A DNA stretch of 48,056 bases from contig VEQZ01000003.1 in assembly GCA_018882975.1 (NCBI GenBank), positions 1 through 48,056 of the forward strand, in the 5' to 3' direction. Under the pieces are notes generated by a model. It saw only the letters and a list, made by a program, of their open reading frames with translations. It made no database searches and was not told where the DNA came from. Of the stretch, positions 29,532 through 41,669 are shown piece by piece. Within the stretch, counting starts at the first letter, position 1; each line of letters begins with the position of its first letter. This DNA is from Rhodocyclaceae bacterium. GTDB lineage: Bacteria > Pseudomonadota > Gammaproteobacteria > Burkholderiales > UBA3065. A program made the position numbers and the translations under genes.

Positions 29532-29900
29532 GTGATTCAAATGCAATCCCGGCTCGACGTGGCCGACAACACCGGTGCCCGCTCGGTGATGTGCATCAAG
29601 GTGCTCGGCGGCTCCAAGCGTCGTTACGCCTCGGTGGGCGACATCATCAAGGTCAGCATCAAGGAGGCCGCGCCGCGCGGTCGTGTGAAGAAGGGCGACG
29701 TCTACAACGCCGTGGTCGTGCGCACCGCCAAGGGCGTTCGTCGCCCGGACGGCTCGCTGATCAAGTTCGACGGCAATGCCGCCGTACTGCTCAATAACAA
29801 GCTGGAGCCCATCGGCACCCGCATCTTCGGCCCGGTCACGCGCGAACTGCGCACCGAGCGATTCATGAAGATCGTGTCGCTGGCGCCCGAAGTCATCTGA
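29532..29900 (+). CDS. rplN: 50S ribosomal protein L14
   Basis: GTG start gives [16 protein letters not shown]...GTRIFGPV...SLAPEVI, 122 aa. Confidence 0.98.
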   Translation: MIQMQSRLDVADNTGARSVMCIKVLGGSKRRYASVGDIIKVSIKEAAPRGRVKKGDVYNAVVVRTAKGVRRPDGSLIKFDGNAAVLLNNKLEPIGTRIFGPVTRELRTERFMKIVSLAPEVI

Positions 29901-29909
29901 GGCCTCGCC

Positions 29910-30227
29910 ATGAGAAAGATTCGTCGTGGAGATGAGGTGATCGTCCGTACCGGGCGTGACCGCGGCCGTCGTGGCCAGGTCGTCGGCGTGCTCGATGAGC
30001 AGCGCGTCGTGGTTCAGGGCGTCAACCTTGTCAAGAAGCACGTCAAGCCCAACCCGATGAAGGGCGAACCGGGCGGCATCGTCGCCAAGGAGGCTCCGAT
30101 TCAGGTTGCCAATATCGCCATCTTCAACCCCGCGACCAGCAAGGCTGACCGCGTGGGCATCCGCGTCCTCGAGGACGGTAGCCGGGTCCGCTTCTACAAG
30201 TCGACCGGCGAGACCATCGCAGGCTAA
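29910..30227 (+). CDS. rplX: 50S ribosomal protein L24
   Basis: [23 protein letters not shown]. Confidence 0.99.
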   Translation: MRKIRRGDEVIVRTGRDRGRRGQVVGVLDEQRVVVQGVNLVKKHVKPNPMKGEPGGIVAKEAPIQVANIAIFNPATSKADRVGIRVLEDGSRVRFYKSTGETIAG

Positions 30228-30239
30228 GGGGCAGACGAC

Positions 30240-30779
30240 ATGGCACGTTTTGAAGAGTTCTACCGGAAGGAAGTCGTCAAGTCCCTGATCGGACAGTTCG
30301 GCTACAAGTCGGTGATGGAAGTCCCGCGGATTGAGAAGATCACGCTCAACATGGGTGTGGGCGAGGCGGTGGCCGACAAAAAGGTCATGGAGCACGCCGT
30401 CGGTGACATGCAAAAGATCGCAGGTCAGAAGCCGGTGGTGACTCTGGCGCGTAAATCGATCGCCGGCTTCAAGATCCGCGAGGGCTACCCGGTCGGCTGC
30501 AAAGTGACGCTGCGCAAGCGCCACATGTATGAGTTCCTTGACCGTCTCGTCACCATCGCGCTGCCGCGCGTACGCGATTTCCGCGGTGTGTCGGGCAAGG
30601 GCTTCGACGGGCGCGGCAACTACAACATGGGTGTGAAGGAACAGATCATCTTCCCCGAGATCGAGTACGACAAGGTCGATGCGCTGCGCGGGATGAACAT
30701 CACCATCACCACCACCGCCAAGACCGACGACGAGGCGCGCGCCCTGCTGGCTGCGTTCCGCTTCCCGTTCAAGAATTGA
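30240..30779 (+). CDS. rplE: 50S ribosomal protein L5
   Basis: [25 protein letters not shown]. Confidence 0.99.
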   Translation: MARFEEFYRKEVVKSLIGQFGYKSVMEVPRIEKITLNMGVGEAVADKKVMEHAVGDMQKIAGQKPVVTLARKSIAGFKIREGYPVGCKVTLRKRHMYEFLDRLVTIALPRVRDFRGVSGKGFDGRGNYNMGVKEQIIFPEIEYDKVDALRGMNITITTTAKTDDEARALLAAFRFPFKN

Positions 30780-30788
30780 GGCACAGCA

Positions 30789-31094
30789 ATGGCTAAGTTG
30801 GCTCTCATCAACCGCGAAATCAAGCGCCGCAACGCCGTCAAGCAATTCGCTGTCAAGCGTGCGGCCCTGCAGGCGATCATCGACGATCAGTCGAAGTCCG
30901 AGGAGGAGCGTTTCGCCGCCCGCCTCAAATTGCAGCGCCTGCCGCGCAACAGCAGTCCATCGCGTCTGCGCAACCGCTGTCAGGTCACCGGTCGCCCACG
31001 TGGCGTTTTCAGCAAATTCGGCCTCGGCCGCAGCAAGCTCCGCGAGATCGCCATGCAAGGCGGCGTCCCGGGGCTCGTCAAGGCCAGCTGGTAA
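30789..31094 (+). CDS. rpsN: 30S ribosomal protein S14 (long, Zn-independent type)
   Basis: [20 protein letters not shown]; 101 aa, single Cys. Confidence 0.99.
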   Translation: MAKLALINREIKRRNAVKQFAVKRAALQAIIDDQSKSEEERFAARLKLQRLPRNSSPSRLRNRCQVTGRPRGVFSKFGLGRSKLREIAMQGGVPGLVKASW

Positions 31095-31105
31095 GGGAGG
31101 CGACC

Positions 31106-31501
31106 ATGAGCATGAGTGATCCCATCGCCGACATGCTGACCCGTATCCGCAACGGTCAGGCGGCAGAGAAGTCGGCGGTCGAGATGCCGTCGTCGCGTAT
31201 CAAAGTGGCCATCGCCCAAGTCCTCAAGGATGAGGGCTACATCGAGGATTTCTCGGTGCGCAGCGAGGCAGGCAAGGCCACCCTGAGTATCGTCCTTAAG
31301 TACTACGTGGGCCGCCCGGTCATTGACCGCCTGGAGCGTGTCAGCCGGCCGGGCCTGCGCATCTATCGTCCGAGCCGCGACATCCCGAGGGTGATGAACG
31401 GCCTCGGTATCGCTATCGTCTCCACGCCCAAGGGTGTCGTCACCGACCGCAAGGCCCGCAGCCTTGGCGTCGGCGGCGAGGTCCTGTGCCTGGTCGCGTA
31501 A
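31106..31501 (+). CDS. rpsH: 30S ribosomal protein S8
   Basis: [26 protein letters not shown]. Confidence 0.99.
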   Translation: MSMSDPIADMLTRIRNGQAAEKSAVEMPSSRIKVAIAQVLKDEGYIEDFSVRSEAGKATLSIVLKYYVGRPVIDRLERVSRPGLRIYRPSRDIPRVMNGLGIAIVSTPKGVVTDRKARSLGVGGEVLCLVA

Positions 31502-31510
31502 GGGGGAGCC

Positions 31511-32044
31511 ATGTCACGTATCGGTAAGTCCCCGGTAGCTCTGCCTGCGGGAGTCGAAGTGCAAATCGCCTCTGGGTCGATTTCGGTAAAAGGTCCGCTC
31601 GGTCAGCTGGAGCAAGCGCACCCGGCCTACGTTGCGGTCGAGCAGACGGGCACCCAGCTGCAGGTGAGGACGGTGGAGGAAAGCATCCGTGCCAAGGCCA
31701 TGAGCGGCACTTTGCGCGCGCTTTTGGCCAACATGGTTTCGGGTGTCAGCAAGGGTTTCGAGCGCAAGCTTAATCTGGTCGGCGTGGGCTACCGCGCGCA
31801 GGCGCAGGGGGACAAAGTCAACCTGTCGCTCGGCTTCTCGCATCCGGTCGAGCACAAAATGCCAGATGGAATCAAGGTAGAAACGCCGACCCAGACCGAA
31901 ATCGTCCTCAAGGGTATCGACAAGCAGAAGCTCGGTCAGGTAGCCGCGGAAATTCGCGCTTATCGGCCGCCCGAGCCTTACAAGGGCAAGGGCGTGCGGT
32001 ATTCGGACGAGACGGTCGTCATCAAAGAGACCAAGAAGAAGTAA
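31511..32044 (+). CDS. rplF: 50S ribosomal protein L6
   Basis: [23 protein letters not shown]. Confidence 0.99.
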   Translation: MSRIGKSPVALPAGVEVQIASGSISVKGPLGQLEQAHPAYVAVEQTGTQLQVRTVEESIRAKAMSGTLRALLANMVSGVSKGFERKLNLVGVGYRAQAQGDKVNLSLGFSHPVEHKMPDGIKVETPTQTEIVLKGIDKQKLGQVAAEIRAYRPPEPYKGKGVRYSDETVVIKETKKK

Positions 32045-32056
32045 GGGGCCGACACT

Positions 32057-32410
32057 ATGGACAAGAAGCAAAGTCGTCTGCGCCGGGCCCGAAGCACCCG
32101 GTTGCGTATCCGCGGTTTGCGTGCCGTGCGTCTGGCGGTTAACCGTTCGAACCAGCACATCTACGCGCAGATCATCGGCGCAGATGGTGCCAGCGTGCTC
32201 GCTAGCGCCTCGACACTGGACAGGGACCTGCGTGGCACCGTGGGCAATGGCGCGACGGTCGGCGCAGCCGAACAGGTGGGCAGGAAGATCGCTGAGAAGG
32301 CCAAGGCGCTGGGTATCGAAGAAGTCGCGTTCGATCGCAGCGGTTTCAAATTCCATGGACGCGTGAAGGCGCTGGCGGAAGCCGCGCGTGAAGGCGGACT
32401 CAAGTTCTGA
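32057..32410 (+). CDS. rplR: 50S ribosomal protein L18
   Basis: [31 protein letters not shown]. Confidence 0.99.
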   Translation: MDKKQSRLRRARSTRLRIRGLRAVRLAVNRSNQHIYAQIIGADGASVLASASTLDRDLRGTVGNGATVGAAEQVGRKIAEKAKALGIEEVAFDRSGFKFHGRVKALAEAAREGGLKF

Positions 32411-32421
32411 TCGGGGCTGCG

Positions 32422-32937
32422 ATGGCAACCAGAAACCAGCATCAAACCGAAGACAAGGGTGACGGCCTCCGCGAGAAGATGATCGCGGTGAACCGCGTCA
32501 CCAAGGTCGTCAAGGGTGGCCGCATCCTCGGCTTTGCCGCGTTGACCGTGGTCGGCGATGGCGAAGGCGGCATCGGCATGGGCAAGGGTAAGGCGCGTGA
32601 GGTGCCGTCGGCGATGCAGAAATCGCTCGACGAGGCGCGTCGCAACCTCGCCAAGGTGCCGCTGCGCGATGGCACCTTCCACCACGCGGTGATCGGTCGC
32701 CATGGCGCGTCCACGGTCTTGATCCAGCCTGCCTCGGAAGGCACCGGAATCATCGCCGGCGGCCCGATGCGCGCCGTGTTCGAGGTCATGGGCGTGCGCA
32801 ATGTGCTCGCCAAGTGCTTCGGCTCCACCAACCCTTACAACGTCGTGCGCGCCACCATCAACGGCCTGCGCAACGTCTACACCCCGTCCGAGGTTGCCGC
32901 CAAGCGTGGCAAGTCGGTCGAAGACATATTGGGCTGA
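32422..32937 (+). CDS. rpsE: 30S ribosomal protein S5
   Basis: [18 protein letters not shown]. Confidence 0.99.
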   Translation: MATRNQHQTEDKGDGLREKMIAVNRVTKVVKGGRILGFAALTVVGDGEGGIGMGKGKAREVPSAMQKSLDEARRNLAKVPLRDGTFHHAVIGRHGASTVLIQPASEGTGIIAGGPMRAVFEVMGVRNVLAKCFGSTNPYNVVRATINGLRNVYTPSEVAAKRGKSVEDILG

Positions 32938-32939
32938 TC

Positions 32940-33194
32940 ATGGCTACCGAAAAGACCACTGCCGAAAAGCCGGCCCGCAAGGCCGCTGCGCCCAAGGCTG
33001 CGGAGGCCGCCCCGGCCACCGGCAAGCTGCGCGTAACTCTGGTGAAGAGCCCGATCGGCACCAAGCGCAACCATCGCGCGAGTGTAGCGGGCCTGGGCCT
33101 GCGTCGCCTCAACCAGACCGTCGAGGTCGCCGACACCCCGTCCAACCGGGGCATGGTGAACGCGGCCTGCTTCCTGCTCAAGTGCGAGGCCTGA
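32940..33194 (+). CDS. rpmD: 50S ribosomal protein L30 with an Ala/Lys-rich N-terminal extension
   Basis: Core [12 protein letters not shown]...[20 protein letters not shown]; ATG at 32940 right after the rpsE stop. Confidence 0.93.
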   Translation: MATEKTTAEKPARKAAAPKAAEAAPATGKLRVTLVKSPIGTKRNHRASVAGLGLRRLNQTVEVADTPSNRGMVNAACFLLKCEA

Positions 33195-33195
33195 T

Positions 33196-33639
33196 ATGGA
33201 ACTGAATAACATCAAGCCGGCTGAAGGTTCCAAAAAGGACCGTCGTCGCGTCGGTCGCGGCATCGGTTCGGGTCTGGGCAAGACGGCTGGCCGCGGTCAC
33301 AAGGGCCAAAAGTCGCGCGCCGGCGGCTTCCACAAGGTCGGCTTTGAAGGCGGTCAGATGCCGCTGCAGCGCCGCCTGCCAAAGCGCGGCTTCAAGTCAT
33401 TGGCCGCTGGCCTCACCGCCGAGGTGCGCCTGTCCGATCTGGCCTACGTCGAAGGGTCTGAGATCGACCTGCTGGCACTCAAGCGTGCCGGCGTAGTCGA
33501 CCAACTCTGCACAGCGGCCAAGGTCATCCTTGCCGGCGCGATCGACCGCGCCGTCAAGCTCAGTGGCATTCGCGCCAGCAAGGGCGCGCGTGCCGCCATC
33601 GAAGCCGCCGGCGGCAGCTTCGCCGACGCACAGGCCTAA
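33196..33639 (+). CDS. rplO: 50S ribosomal protein L15
   Basis: [37 protein letters not shown]. Confidence 0.99.
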   Translation: MELNNIKPAEGSKKDRRRVGRGIGSGLGKTAGRGHKGQKSRAGGFHKVGFEGGQMPLQRRLPKRGFKSLAAGLTAEVRLSDLAYVEGSEIDLLALKRAGVVDQLCTAAKVILAGAIDRAVKLSGIRASKGARAAIEAAGGSFADAQA

Positions 33640-33650
33640 GGAAGACCGTC

Positions 33651-34979
33651 TTGGCCGGAACCACCAACGCTCCCGCAATGGCTGGAAAGCTGGGCGACCT
33701 CAAACATCGCCTGCTATTCCTGCTGGGCGCGTTGGTTGTCTACCGGATGGGCGCACACATTCCGGTGCCGGGCATCGACCCGACCATGCTGGAGCAGCTA
33801 TTTCGCAGTCAGCAGGGCGGCATTCTCGGCATGTTCAACATGTTCTCGGGGGGCGCCCTGTCGCGATTCACCATTTTCGCACTGGGCATCATGCCGTACA
33901 TCTCGGCCTCGATCATCATGCAGCTCGCCTCCGTCATGTCGCCCGAGCTAGAGGCGCTGAAGAAGGAAGGGGAGGCCGGGCGGCGCAAGATCACGCGCTA
34001 CACTCGCTACGGCACGGTGCTGCTGGCAGTGGTTCAGGCGCTCGGCATTTCTGTCGCGCTTGAATCTCAGCAAGGTCTGGTGCTCGACCCGGGTTACGCT
34101 TTCCGCATCACAACGGTGCTTACCCTCACCGCCGGCACCATGTTTCTCATGTGGCTGGGCGAGCAGATCACTGAGCGCGGCATCGGCAACGGCATTTCAA
34201 TGATTATTTTCGCCGGGATCGTCGCCGGTTTGCCGCACGCCGTCGGCAGTACGCTGGAATTAGGGCGTACCGGGTCGTTTTCCATACCGCTCATCATTGC
34301 ACTGTTCATTGCCGTGATTCTCGTCACCTACTTCGTTGTGTTCGTTGAACGCGGACAGCGGCGAATCTTGGTGAACTACGCCAAACGCCAGGTTGGCAAT
34401 AAGGTGTATGGCGGTCAGAGTAGCCACTTGCCGCTCAAGCTCAACATGTCGGGTGTCATCCCGCCGATCTTCGCCTCCAGCCTGATCTTGTTCCCGGCCA
34501 CGCTTTCGGGTTGGTTCGGGCAGTCGGAGAGCATGACTTGGCTGCGGGATATCGCGGGTGCGCTGTCGCCCGGCCAACCGGTCTACGTGACGCTGTATGT
34601 GGCGGCCATCGTGTTCTTCTGTTTTTTCTACACCGCGCTGGTGTTCAATCCGAAAGAGACGGCTGACAACCTCAAGCGCAGTGGTGCTTTCATTCCCGGC
34701 ATCCGTCCGGGCGAACAGACCGCCAAGTACATTGACCGGGTGACGATGCGCCTGACGCTGGCGGGCGCGATCTACATCACTCTGGTGTGTCTGCTGCCGG
34801 AGTTCTTGATCGTCGCGCTGGGTACACCCTTCTATTTCGGCGGAACGTCCCTGCTGATCATTGTCGTGGTGTCGATGGACTTCATGACGCAGGTTCAGGC
34901 GCACATGATGTCGCAGCAATACGAAGGCTTGTTGCGGAAGGCGAATTTCAAGGGCATGTCGCCCATGGGCGGGCGTTGA
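33651..34979 (+). CDS. secY: Preprotein translocase subunit SecY
   Basis: [35 protein letters not shown]; TTG start (alternative ATG at 33678). Confidence 0.98.
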   Translation: MAGTTNAPAMAGKLGDLKHRLLFLLGALVVYRMGAHIPVPGIDPTMLEQLFRSQQGGILGMFNMFSGGALSRFTIFALGIMPYISASIIMQLASVMSPELEALKKEGEAGRRKITRYTRYGTVLLAVVQALGISVALESQQGLVLDPGYAFRITTVLTLTAGTMFLMWLGEQITERGIGNGISMIIFAGIVAGLPHAVGSTLELGRTGSFSIPLIIALFIAVILVTYFVVFVERGQRRILVNYAKRQVGNKVYGGQSSHLPLKLNMSGVIPPIFASSLILFPATLSGWFGQSESMTWLRDIAGALSPGQPVYVTLYVAAIVFFCFFYTALVFNPKETADNLKRSGAFIPGIRPGEQTAKYIDRVTMRLTLAGAIYITLVCLLPEFLIVALGTPFYFGGTSLLIIVVVSMDFMTQVQAHMMSQQYEGLLRKANFKGMSPMGGR

Positions 34980-34982
34980 GCC

Positions 34983-35201
34983 ATGTCCAAAGAAGACTCG
35001 ATCCAGATGCAGGGGGAGGTGTTGGAGAACCTCCCCAATGCGACCTTCAAGGTCAAGCTGGAAAACGGGCACGTCGTGCTCGGCCATATTTCGGGAAAGA
35101 TGCGCATGCATTACATCCGCATCCTTCCGGGGGACAAGGTCACCGTCGAGTTGACGCCGTATGACCTGTCACGTGCGCGGATCGTGTTCCGCGCCAAATG
35201 A
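34983..35201 (+). CDS. infA: Translation initiation factor IF-1
   Basis: [29 protein letters not shown]. Confidence 0.99.
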   Translation: MSKEDSIQMQGEVLENLPNATFKVKLENGHVVLGHISGKMRMHYIRILPGDKVTVELTPYDLSRARIVFRAK

Positions 35202-35220
35202 TTTGAAGAGAGGGTGAACC

Positions 35221-35334
35221 ATGAGAGTTCAGGCATCGGTCAAGAAGATCTGCCGCAAGTGCAAGATCATTCGCCGCAACGGCATCGTCCGCGTGATCTG
35301 CGCTGACGCGCGTCACAAGCAACGCCAGGGTTGA
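35221..35334 (+). CDS. rpmJ: 50S ribosomal protein L36 (Zn-ribbon type)
   Basis: Below the ORF-track cutoff; hand translation [37 protein letters not shown] (37 aa). Confidence 0.98.
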   Translation: MRVQASVKKICRKCKIIRRNGIVRVICADARHKQRQG

Positions 35335-35365
35335 GCCCCTGGCGATCGATACGAGGTAGCAAGCT

Positions 35366-35728
35366 ATGGCACGGATCGCAGGGGTCAACATCCCCAACCA
35401 CCAGCACACCGAGATCGGCCTGACCGCCATCTTCGGCATCGGCCGTCCGCGCGCCCGCAAGATCTGCGTGGCCGCCGGCGTCGAGTACTCGAAGAAGATC
35501 AAGGACCTGACCGACGCCGAGATGGAGCGGCTGCGCGAGGAAGTCGGCAAGTTCACGGTCGAAGGTGACCTGCGCCGCGAGGTGTCGATGAGCATCAAGC
35601 GCCTGATGGACTTGGGCTGCTACCGCGGTGTCCGCCACCGCAAGGGTCTGCCGGTCCGCGGCCAGCGTACCCGCACCAATGCGCGTACCCGCAAGGGCCC
35701 GCGCAAGGCCATCCGCGCCACCAAGTGA
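35366..35728 (+). CDS. rpsM: 30S ribosomal protein S13
   Basis: [28 protein letters not shown]. Confidence 0.99.
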   Translation: MARIAGVNIPNHQHTEIGLTAIFGIGRPRARKICVAAGVEYSKKIKDLTDAEMERLREEVGKFTVEGDLRREVSMSIKRLMDLGCYRGVRHRKGLPVRGQRTRTNARTRKGPRKAIRATK

Positions 35729-35742
35729 TCAAGGGCTGAAAC

Positions 35743-36135
35743 ATGGCAACCAAGGCAAGCAACCGCGTTCGCAAGAAGGTTCGCAAGAGCGTCTCCGACG
35801 GCATCGCTCACATCCACGCGTCGTTCAACAACACCATCGTCACCATCACCGACCGTCAAGGAAACGCCTTGTCATGGGCCACTTCGGGTGGCGGCGGCTT
35901 CAAGGGCTCGCGCAAATCGACACCCTTCGCTGCGCAGATCGCTGCCGAAAACGCTGGTCGTGCCGCGCAGGAATATGGTGTCAAGAACCTCGAAGTGCGC
36001 ATCAAGGGCCCCGGCCCTGGCCGCGAGTCGGCAGTTCGCGCGCTCAACAACGTGGGCTTCAAGATCATCAGCATCTCGGACGTGACGCCGATCCCGCACA
36101 ACGGGTGCCGTCCGCCGAAGAAGCGCCGCATCTAA
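35743..36135 (+). CDS. rpsK: 30S ribosomal protein S11
   Basis: [27 protein letters not shown]. Confidence 0.99.
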   Translation: MATKASNRVRKKVRKSVSDGIAHIHASFNNTIVTITDRQGNALSWATSGGGGFKGSRKSTPFAAQIAAENAGRAAQEYGVKNLEVRIKGPGPGRESAVRALNNVGFKIISISDVTPIPHNGCRPPKKRRI

Positions 36136-36150
36136 GGACTGGAGCAAGAC

Positions 36151-36777
36151 ATGGCAAGAAACCTCGACGCCAAATGCCGTCAGTGCCGCCGCGAAGGCGA
36201 AAAACTGTTTCTTAAAGGCGACAAGTGCTTTTCCGACAAGTGCGCGATCGAACGTCGCGCCTACCCGCCGGGCCAGCACGGCCAGAAGCAGATCAAGCTG
36301 TCGGACTACGGCGCCCAACTGCGTGAAAAGCAGAAAATTCGCCGCATCTATGGTGTGCTTGAACGGCAGTTCCGCAAGACCTACAAGGAAGCCGACCGTC
36401 GCAAGGGTGTGACCGGCGAGAGCCTGCTGCAGATGCTGGAGAGCCGCCTCGACACCGTGGCCTTCCGCATGGGTTTTGGCGCCTCGCGCAACGAGGCGCG
36501 CCAGGTAGTGCGGCACAACGGCATTCTGGTCAACGGTCGCCGAGTCAACATTCCGGCCTACCAGTTGCGCGCCGGCGATGTGCTCGAGGTGGCTGTCGGC
36601 GCCAAGGAGCAGCTGCGCATCAAGGCGGCGCTGGCGTCGGCCGAGCAGCGCGGTTTCCCGGAGTGGGTCGATGTGGACGCCAAGGCCTTCAAGGGCACTT
36701 ACAAAGCGGCGCCGCAGCGAGTCGAGCTGCCGGCGACCATCCGCGAAAACCTGGTGGTCGAACTGTATTCCAAGTAA
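36151..36777 (+). CDS. rpsD: 30S ribosomal protein S4 (Cys-containing N-terminus)
   Basis: [15 protein letters not shown]...KC, PGQHG, LESRLD. Confidence 0.99.
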   Translation: MARNLDAKCRQCRREGEKLFLKGDKCFSDKCAIERRAYPPGQHGQKQIKLSDYGAQLREKQKIRRIYGVLERQFRKTYKEADRRKGVTGESLLQMLESRLDTVAFRMGFGASRNEARQVVRHNGILVNGRRVNIPAYQLRAGDVLEVAVGAKEQLRIKAALASAEQRGFPEWVDVDAKAFKGTYKAAPQRVELPATIRENLVVELYSK

Positions 36778-36827
36778 TTCCGAGCCCGCCGTGACCCGGC
36801 GGGTCGCCAATCGAGGGCAAGCAAGCC

Positions 36828-37805
36828 ATGCAGAGTGAAGGATTTCTGAAGCCGCGCATCAAGGACATCGAGACCATCTCGCCGACGCATGCCCGTATCG
36901 TCATGGAGCCGTTCGAGCGTGGCTATGGCCATACGCTCGGCAACGCCCTGCGCCGCATTCTGCTGTCGTCGATGGCCGGCTACGCCCCCACCGAGGTGCG
37001 CATCAACGGCGTGGTGCACGAGTACTCGACCATCGATGGTGTGCAGGAAGACGTGGTTGACCTGCTGCTCAACCTCAAGGGTGTGGTGTTCAAGCTGAAC
37101 ACCCGCAGCGAAGTCCTGATCGAACTGAAGAAGGACGGTGAGGGTGTGGTCACGGCCGGTGATATCGAGCTTGGTCACGATGTCGAGGTGATCAACCCTG
37201 ACCACGTGATCGCGCACGTCAACCCCGGCGGCAAGCTGGACATGGAGATCAAGATCGAGCGCGGCCGCGGCTATGTGCCCGGCAACCTGCGCACCGACAG
37301 CCTGCAGGCGCGTCAGATCGGCACGTTGGTGCTCGACGCCTCGTTCTCGCCGGTGCGCAAGGTCAGCTACGAAGTTCAGGCGGCACGTGTGGAACAGCGC
37401 ACCGACCTCGACAAGCTGGTGATCGACATCGAGACCAACGGGGTGGTCGAGCCGGAGGATGCCCTGCGTCAGGCGGCCACCCTGCTGATGGACCAGCTCT
37501 CGGAATTCTCGAGCTTCCAGAGTACGGAATCGCCGGGAGAGCCGCTGCGTGCGCCGCAAGTCGACCCGGTTCTACTGCGCCCGGTCGACGACCTCGAGCT
37601 GACGGTCCGCTCGGCCAACTGCCTCAAGGCGGAGAACATCTATTACATCGGCGACCTGATCCAGCGCACCGAGGCGGAGTTGCTGAAGACCCCGAACCTC
37701 GGCCGCAAGTCGCTCACCGAGATCAAGGAAGTGCTGGCCTCGCGCGGCCTCACCCTTGGCATGAAACTCGAGAACTGGCCCCCGGCCGGCCTCGAGCGCA
37801 CCTGA
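36828..37805 (+). CDS. rpoA: RNA polymerase alpha subunit
   Basis: [34 protein letters not shown]. Confidence 0.99.
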   Translation: MQSEGFLKPRIKDIETISPTHARIVMEPFERGYGHTLGNALRRILLSSMAGYAPTEVRINGVVHEYSTIDGVQEDVVDLLLNLKGVVFKLNTRSEVLIELKKDGEGVVTAGDIELGHDVEVINPDHVIAHVNPGGKLDMEIKIERGRGYVPGNLRTDSLQARQIGTLVLDASFSPVRKVSYEVQAARVEQRTDLDKLVIDIETNGVVEPEDALRQAATLLMDQLSEFSSFQSTESPGEPLRAPQVDPVLLRPVDDLELTVRSANCLKAENIYYIGDLIQRTEAELLKTPNLGRKSLTEIKEVLASRGLTLGMKLENWPPAGLERT

Positions 37806-37815
37806 GGAGATCACC

Positions 37816-38208
37816 ATGCGTCACCGCCATGGACTGAGAAAACTGAATCGCACAAGCAGCCATCGCCTGGCCATGCTGCGCAACCTGACCAACGCACTGC
37901 TGCGCTTCGAGACCATCCGCACCACGCTGCCCAAGGCCAAGGAACTGCGCCGTGTCGCCGAGCCGCTGATCACCCTGGCCAAGACGCCGACGCTGGCCAA
38001 CCGCCGGCTGGCTTTCAACCGCCTGCGCGACCGCGAGATGGTGGTCAAGCTGTTCGACGAGCTAGGCCCCCGCTTCGCTGCGCGTCCGGGGGGCTACCTG
38101 AGCATCCTCAAGTTCGGCTTCCGTCAGGGAGACAACGCGCCGATGGCGCTGGTCAGCTTGATGGACCAGCCGGAGCCGTCGTCTGCGGTCGAGGTCGAAG
38201 CGGCCTAA
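37816..38208 (+). CDS. rplQ: 50S ribosomal protein L17
   Basis: [29 protein letters not shown]. Confidence 0.99.
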   Translation: MRHRHGLRKLNRTSSHRLAMLRNLTNALLRFETIRTTLPKAKELRRVAEPLITLAKTPTLANRRLAFNRLRDREMVVKLFDELGPRFAARPGGYLSILKFGFRQGDNAPMALVSLMDQPEPSSAVEVEAA

Positions 38209-38230
38209 GCGCACTGGCGAAGACGCGGAG

Positions 38231-38256
38231 AAGGCCGGCCTTGCCGGCCTTTTTTT
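38231..38256 (+). terminator. Intrinsic terminator of the alpha operon
   Basis: AAGGCCGGC-CTT-GCCGGCC followed by T7. Confidence 0.9.
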
Positions 38257-38296
38257 GCGCGACGACAGGCGCTTGCGCCGCCGCTACAATGCAGGC

Positions 38297-38857
38297 ATGT
38301 CCGCCTTCGACCTGACTCACCACTTCCTCATCGCCATGCCCGGCATGGCAGACCCGCACTTTGCCGGCACCCTGACCTACGTCTGCGAGCACAACGACGA
38401 CGGCGCCTTGGGGATCGTGGTCAACCGTCCCACCGACATGACCATGGCTTCGCTGTTCAGGCAGATCAACATCGAGCTTGATGCGTCGGACCTCGCCGAG
38501 CGACCGGTGATGTTTGGCGGGCCGGTGCAGACCGACCGCGGTTTCGTGTTGCACCGCCCGGTCGGCAAGTGGCAGTCGAGCCTCAGCGTGCGCGAGGGCG
38601 TGTCGCTGACCACGTCGCGCGACATTCTCGAGGCCTGCGCCGCCGGGCAGGGTCCGCACGAGATGATCGTGAGTCTGGGCTACGCCGGCTGGACCGCCGG
38701 TCAGCTCGAGCAGGAGATGGTCGCCAACGCTTGGCTGTCGGTGCAGGCCGACCCGCAGATCCTGTTCGACGCACCTTACGGGGAGCGTGTCGACCGCGCG
38801 CTGGCGTTGCTCGGCATCGAACTCGGCAGCCTGTCGGAAGAGGCGGGCCACGCCTGA
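38297..38857 (+). CDS. yqgE: YqgE/AlgH family protein
   Basis: [47 protein letters not shown]...NAWL, GHA C-terminus; ATG 38297. Confidence 0.95.
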   Translation: MSAFDLTHHFLIAMPGMADPHFAGTLTYVCEHNDDGALGIVVNRPTDMTMASLFRQINIELDASDLAERPVMFGGPVQTDRGFVLHRPVGKWQSSLSVREGVSLTTSRDILEACAAGQGPHEMIVSLGYAGWTAGQLEQEMVANAWLSVQADPQILFDAPYGERVDRALALLGIELGSLSEEAGHA

Positions 38858-39333
38858 TGGCGGGCACCGTCCTCGCTTTCGATTTTGGTGAACGCCGCAT
38901 TGGCGTGGCAGTTGGCGAAACCGGGGTTGGGTCGGCACACCCCCTGCAAACCATCGATGCGCGTGACAATGTCACCCGCTTCGCCCGCATCGGTCGACTG
39001 GTCGAGGAGTGGAAGCCCGCTCGCGCCGTGGTCGGCCTGCCGGCTCCCGAGCATCCTGACCACCCGATGAACTCGCGCTGCCGCAAGTTCGCGCGGCAGC
39101 TCGAGGGGCGCTTTGGCATCGCCGCCGAGCTGGTTGACGAAGCGTGGTCGTCGGTGGTGGCGGAGGCGGACCTTGCGGCGGTGGGGCTCGATGCGCCGCG
39201 CCGCAAGGCGGTGCTCGACAGCGTCGCCGCGCAGTTGATCCTGCAGGCTTGGCTCGACCAGCACGGCCGTGCCGCCGGGTCGGGCGTGTGCGATGGCCAG
39301 GGCGGCGCGCCCGACACAGCGGGGGCAGCATGA
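38857..39333 (+). CDS. ruvX: YqgF/RuvX family nuclease
   Basis: [33 protein letters not shown]; TGATG overlap with yqgE. Confidence 0.92.
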   Translation: MAGTVLAFDFGERRIGVAVGETGVGSAHPLQTIDARDNVTRFARIGRLVEEWKPARAVVGLPAPEHPDHPMNSRCRKFARQLEGRFGIAAELVDEAWSSVVAEADLAAVGLDAPRRKAVLDSVAAQLILQAWLDQHGRAAGSGVCDGQGGAPDTAGAA

Positions 39334-40289
39334 CCCTCGCCACCGAGCAACTGAGTGCCGACGGGCGTCTGCGCCATCTGCTCACCCTGCAGGGCTTGCC
39401 GCGCGAGGTGCTGCATCGGATCCTCGATGCTGCGGCGGGGTTTGTCAGCGTCGGCGAGCGCGAGAGCAAGAAATTGCCGCTGCTCAGGGGCAAGACGATT
39501 TTCAACCTGTTCTTCGAGTCGTCGACGCGCACCCGCACCACTTTCGAGATCGCCGCCAAGCGGCTCTCCGCCGATGTCATCAGCCTCAACGTGGCGACCA
39601 GCAGCCAGAGCAAGGGCGAGTCGGTGCTGGATACGGTGCAGAACCTTGAGGCGATGGATGCCGACCTGTTTGTGGTGCGGCATGCCGCCAGCGGCGCCGC
39701 GCACTTCATCGCGCGGCATGTGCGGCCGTACATCGCGGTGGTCAATGCCGGCGACGGGCGCCATGCCCACCCGACGCAGGGCCTGCTCGACATGTTCACC
39801 ATCCGCCAGTTCAAGGGCGATTTCGCGCCGCTGGCGGTGGCCATCGTTGGCGACGTGCTGCACAGCCGCGTGGCGCGCTCGGAGATCCACGCCCTGCGTA
39901 CCCTGGGGGTACGTGACATCCGTGTGATCGCGCCACGCACCTTGCTGCCGGCCGGGGTCGAAGCGCTTGGCGTGAAGGTGTTCCACGACATGGGCGCCGG
40001 GATCAGGGGCGTCGACGTGGTGATGATGCTGCGCCTGCAGAACGAGCGTATGAAGGGCTCGCTGCTGCCATCGGCCGGCGAGTATTTCAAGAACTACGGC
40101 CTGACGCCGGAAAAGCTCGCACTCGCCGCGCCCGATGCCATCGTCATGCACCCCGGCCCGATGAACCGCGGTGTCGAGATCGACTCGGCGGTGGCCGATG
40201 GCCCGCAGGCGGTGATCCTGCCGCAGGTGACCTTCGGCATCGCGGTGCGCATGGCGGTGATGAACCTGCTGATCGGGGAGGCGGCATGA
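39330..40289 (+). CDS. pyrB: Aspartate carbamoyltransferase catalytic subunit
   Basis: [28 protein letters not shown]; ATGA overlap with ruvX. Confidence 0.97.
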   Translation: MTLATEQLSADGRLRHLLTLQGLPREVLHRILDAAAGFVSVGERESKKLPLLRGKTIFNLFFESSTRTRTTFEIAAKRLSADVISLNVATSSQSKGESVLDTVQNLEAMDADLFVVRHAASGAAHFIARHVRPYIAVVNAGDGRHAHPTQGLLDMFTIRQFKGDFAPLAVAIVGDVLHSRVARSEIHALRTLGVRDIRVIAPRTLLPAGVEALGVKVFHDMGAGIRGVDVVMMLRLQNERMKGSLLPSAGEYFKNYGLTPEKLALAAPDAIVMHPGPMNRGVEIDSAVADGPQAVILPQVTFGIAVRMAVMNLLIGEAA

Positions 40290-41572
40290 AACTGCTGATC
40301 CGCGGCGGGCGCGTCATCGACCCGGCAAGCGGCTACGACCACATCGCCGACATCTGCGTGGCGGCCGGCCGGGTGGTCGCACTGGGTCAGGTTCCCGCCG
40401 ACTTCACGCCGCAGCGCGTGATCGAGGCGGCCGGGCTGGTGGTGGCGCCGGGGCTGGTCGACCTCGCCGCGCGCCTGCGCGAGCCGGGCCTCGAGCACAA
40501 GGCGACGCTGGAGTCGGAGATGCACGCAGCGGCGGCCGGTGGCGTGACGGCGCTGGCCATCCCGCCCGACACCGATCCGCCGCTCGACGAGCCGGGCCTG
40601 GTCGAGATGCTGAAGTTCCGCGCGCGCAACCTTCCGGGGCCGCGAGTGTATCCGGTCGGTGCGCTGACGCCGGGTTTGCGCGGCGAGGGCATCACCGAGA
40701 TGTCAGAACTCACCGAGGCCGGCTGCGTGGCCTTCAGCCAGGCCGACGCGCCGCTTACCGACACGCAGGTGTTAATGCGCGCCATGCAGTACGCCGCGAC
40801 CTTTGGCTACCCGCTGTGGCTGCGCCCGCAGGACCCGCACCTGGCGCGTAACGGCATCGCCCACGAGGGCGCCATGGCCGGCACGCTGGGCTTGGTGGGT
40901 ATCCCGGTGGTGGCGGAGACGCTGGCCATCGGCGCGATGTTGCAACTGATGCGCGTCACTGGCGCGCGCGTGCACCTGTGTCGGCTGTCGAGCGCGGCCG
41001 GTCTGGCGCTGGTGCGCGCCGGCAAGGCCGAGGGCCTGCCACTGACCTGCGATGTCGCCGCCCACCACCTGCACCTGACCGATGCCGAACTCGCCCGCTT
41101 CGACAGTCAGGCGCACGTTGTGCCGCCGCTGCGCAGTGAGGCCGACCGCGCCGCGCTGGTGGCGGGTCTGGCCGATGGCAGCATCGATGCGGTCTGCTCC
41201 GATCATGCGCCGCACGACGACGAGGCCAAGGAAGTGCCTTTCGGTGAATCCGAGCCGGGCGCCACCGGCGTCGAACTGCTGCTGCCGTTGACTCTGGGCT
41301 GGGCGCGCGAGGCCGGTGTCGAATTGCCTGCCGCCCTGGCGGCGGTGACCTCGCGCCCGGCCGGCGTGCTGGGCCTCGGCCTCGGCCGGCTGGTGGAAGG
41401 CGCACCGGCCGACCTCTGCGTGTTCGACCCCGATGCGCGCTGGTCGGTGACGCGCGAGTCGCTACGCAGCCAGGGGCGCAACTCGCCCTTCCTCGGCCGC
41501 GAGCTGCGCGGCCGGGTGCGCTACACGGTGATCGACGGGCATCTGGATTTCGAGTCGGCACCGGCCGCCTGA
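40286..41572 (+). CDS. pyrC': Dihydroorotase-like protein, probably inactive PyrC' subunit of ATCase
   Basis: DHOase fold motifs (REPG, AAAGGVT, PPLR, SDHAPH), but the metal-binding HxH reads DLAAR. Confidence 0.88.
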   Translation: MKLLIRGGRVIDPASGYDHIADICVAAGRVVALGQVPADFTPQRVIEAAGLVVAPGLVDLAARLREPGLEHKATLESEMHAAAAGGVTALAIPPDTDPPLDEPGLVEMLKFRARNLPGPRVYPVGALTPGLRGEGITEMSELTEAGCVAFSQADAPLTDTQVLMRAMQYAATFGYPLWLRPQDPHLARNGIAHEGAMAGTLGLVGIPVVAETLAIGAMLQLMRVTGARVHLCRLSSAAGLALVRAGKAEGLPLTCDVAAHHLHLTDAELARFDSQAHVVPPLRSEADRAALVAGLADGSIDAVCSDHAPHDDEAKEVPFGESEPGATGVELLLPLTLGWAREAGVELPAALAAVTSRPAGVLGLGLGRLVEGAPADLCVFDPDARWSVTRESLRSQGRNSPFLGRELRGRVRYTVIDGHLDFESAPAA

Positions 41573-41669
41573 ACGCGGCAGACGTCTCGCCTGCACCCCC
41601 ACTGCTAATATCTGCGCCCTCGCTGGTGCCCGCGGCCCTTCCGGCCGCCTCTTTTTTCCGGAGTCCCCC

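Noticed and set aside
33651-34979. Slightly more T-rich composition in secY
   Set aside because: Explained by hydrophobic-residue codons of a membrane protein; no repeat or foreign signature.
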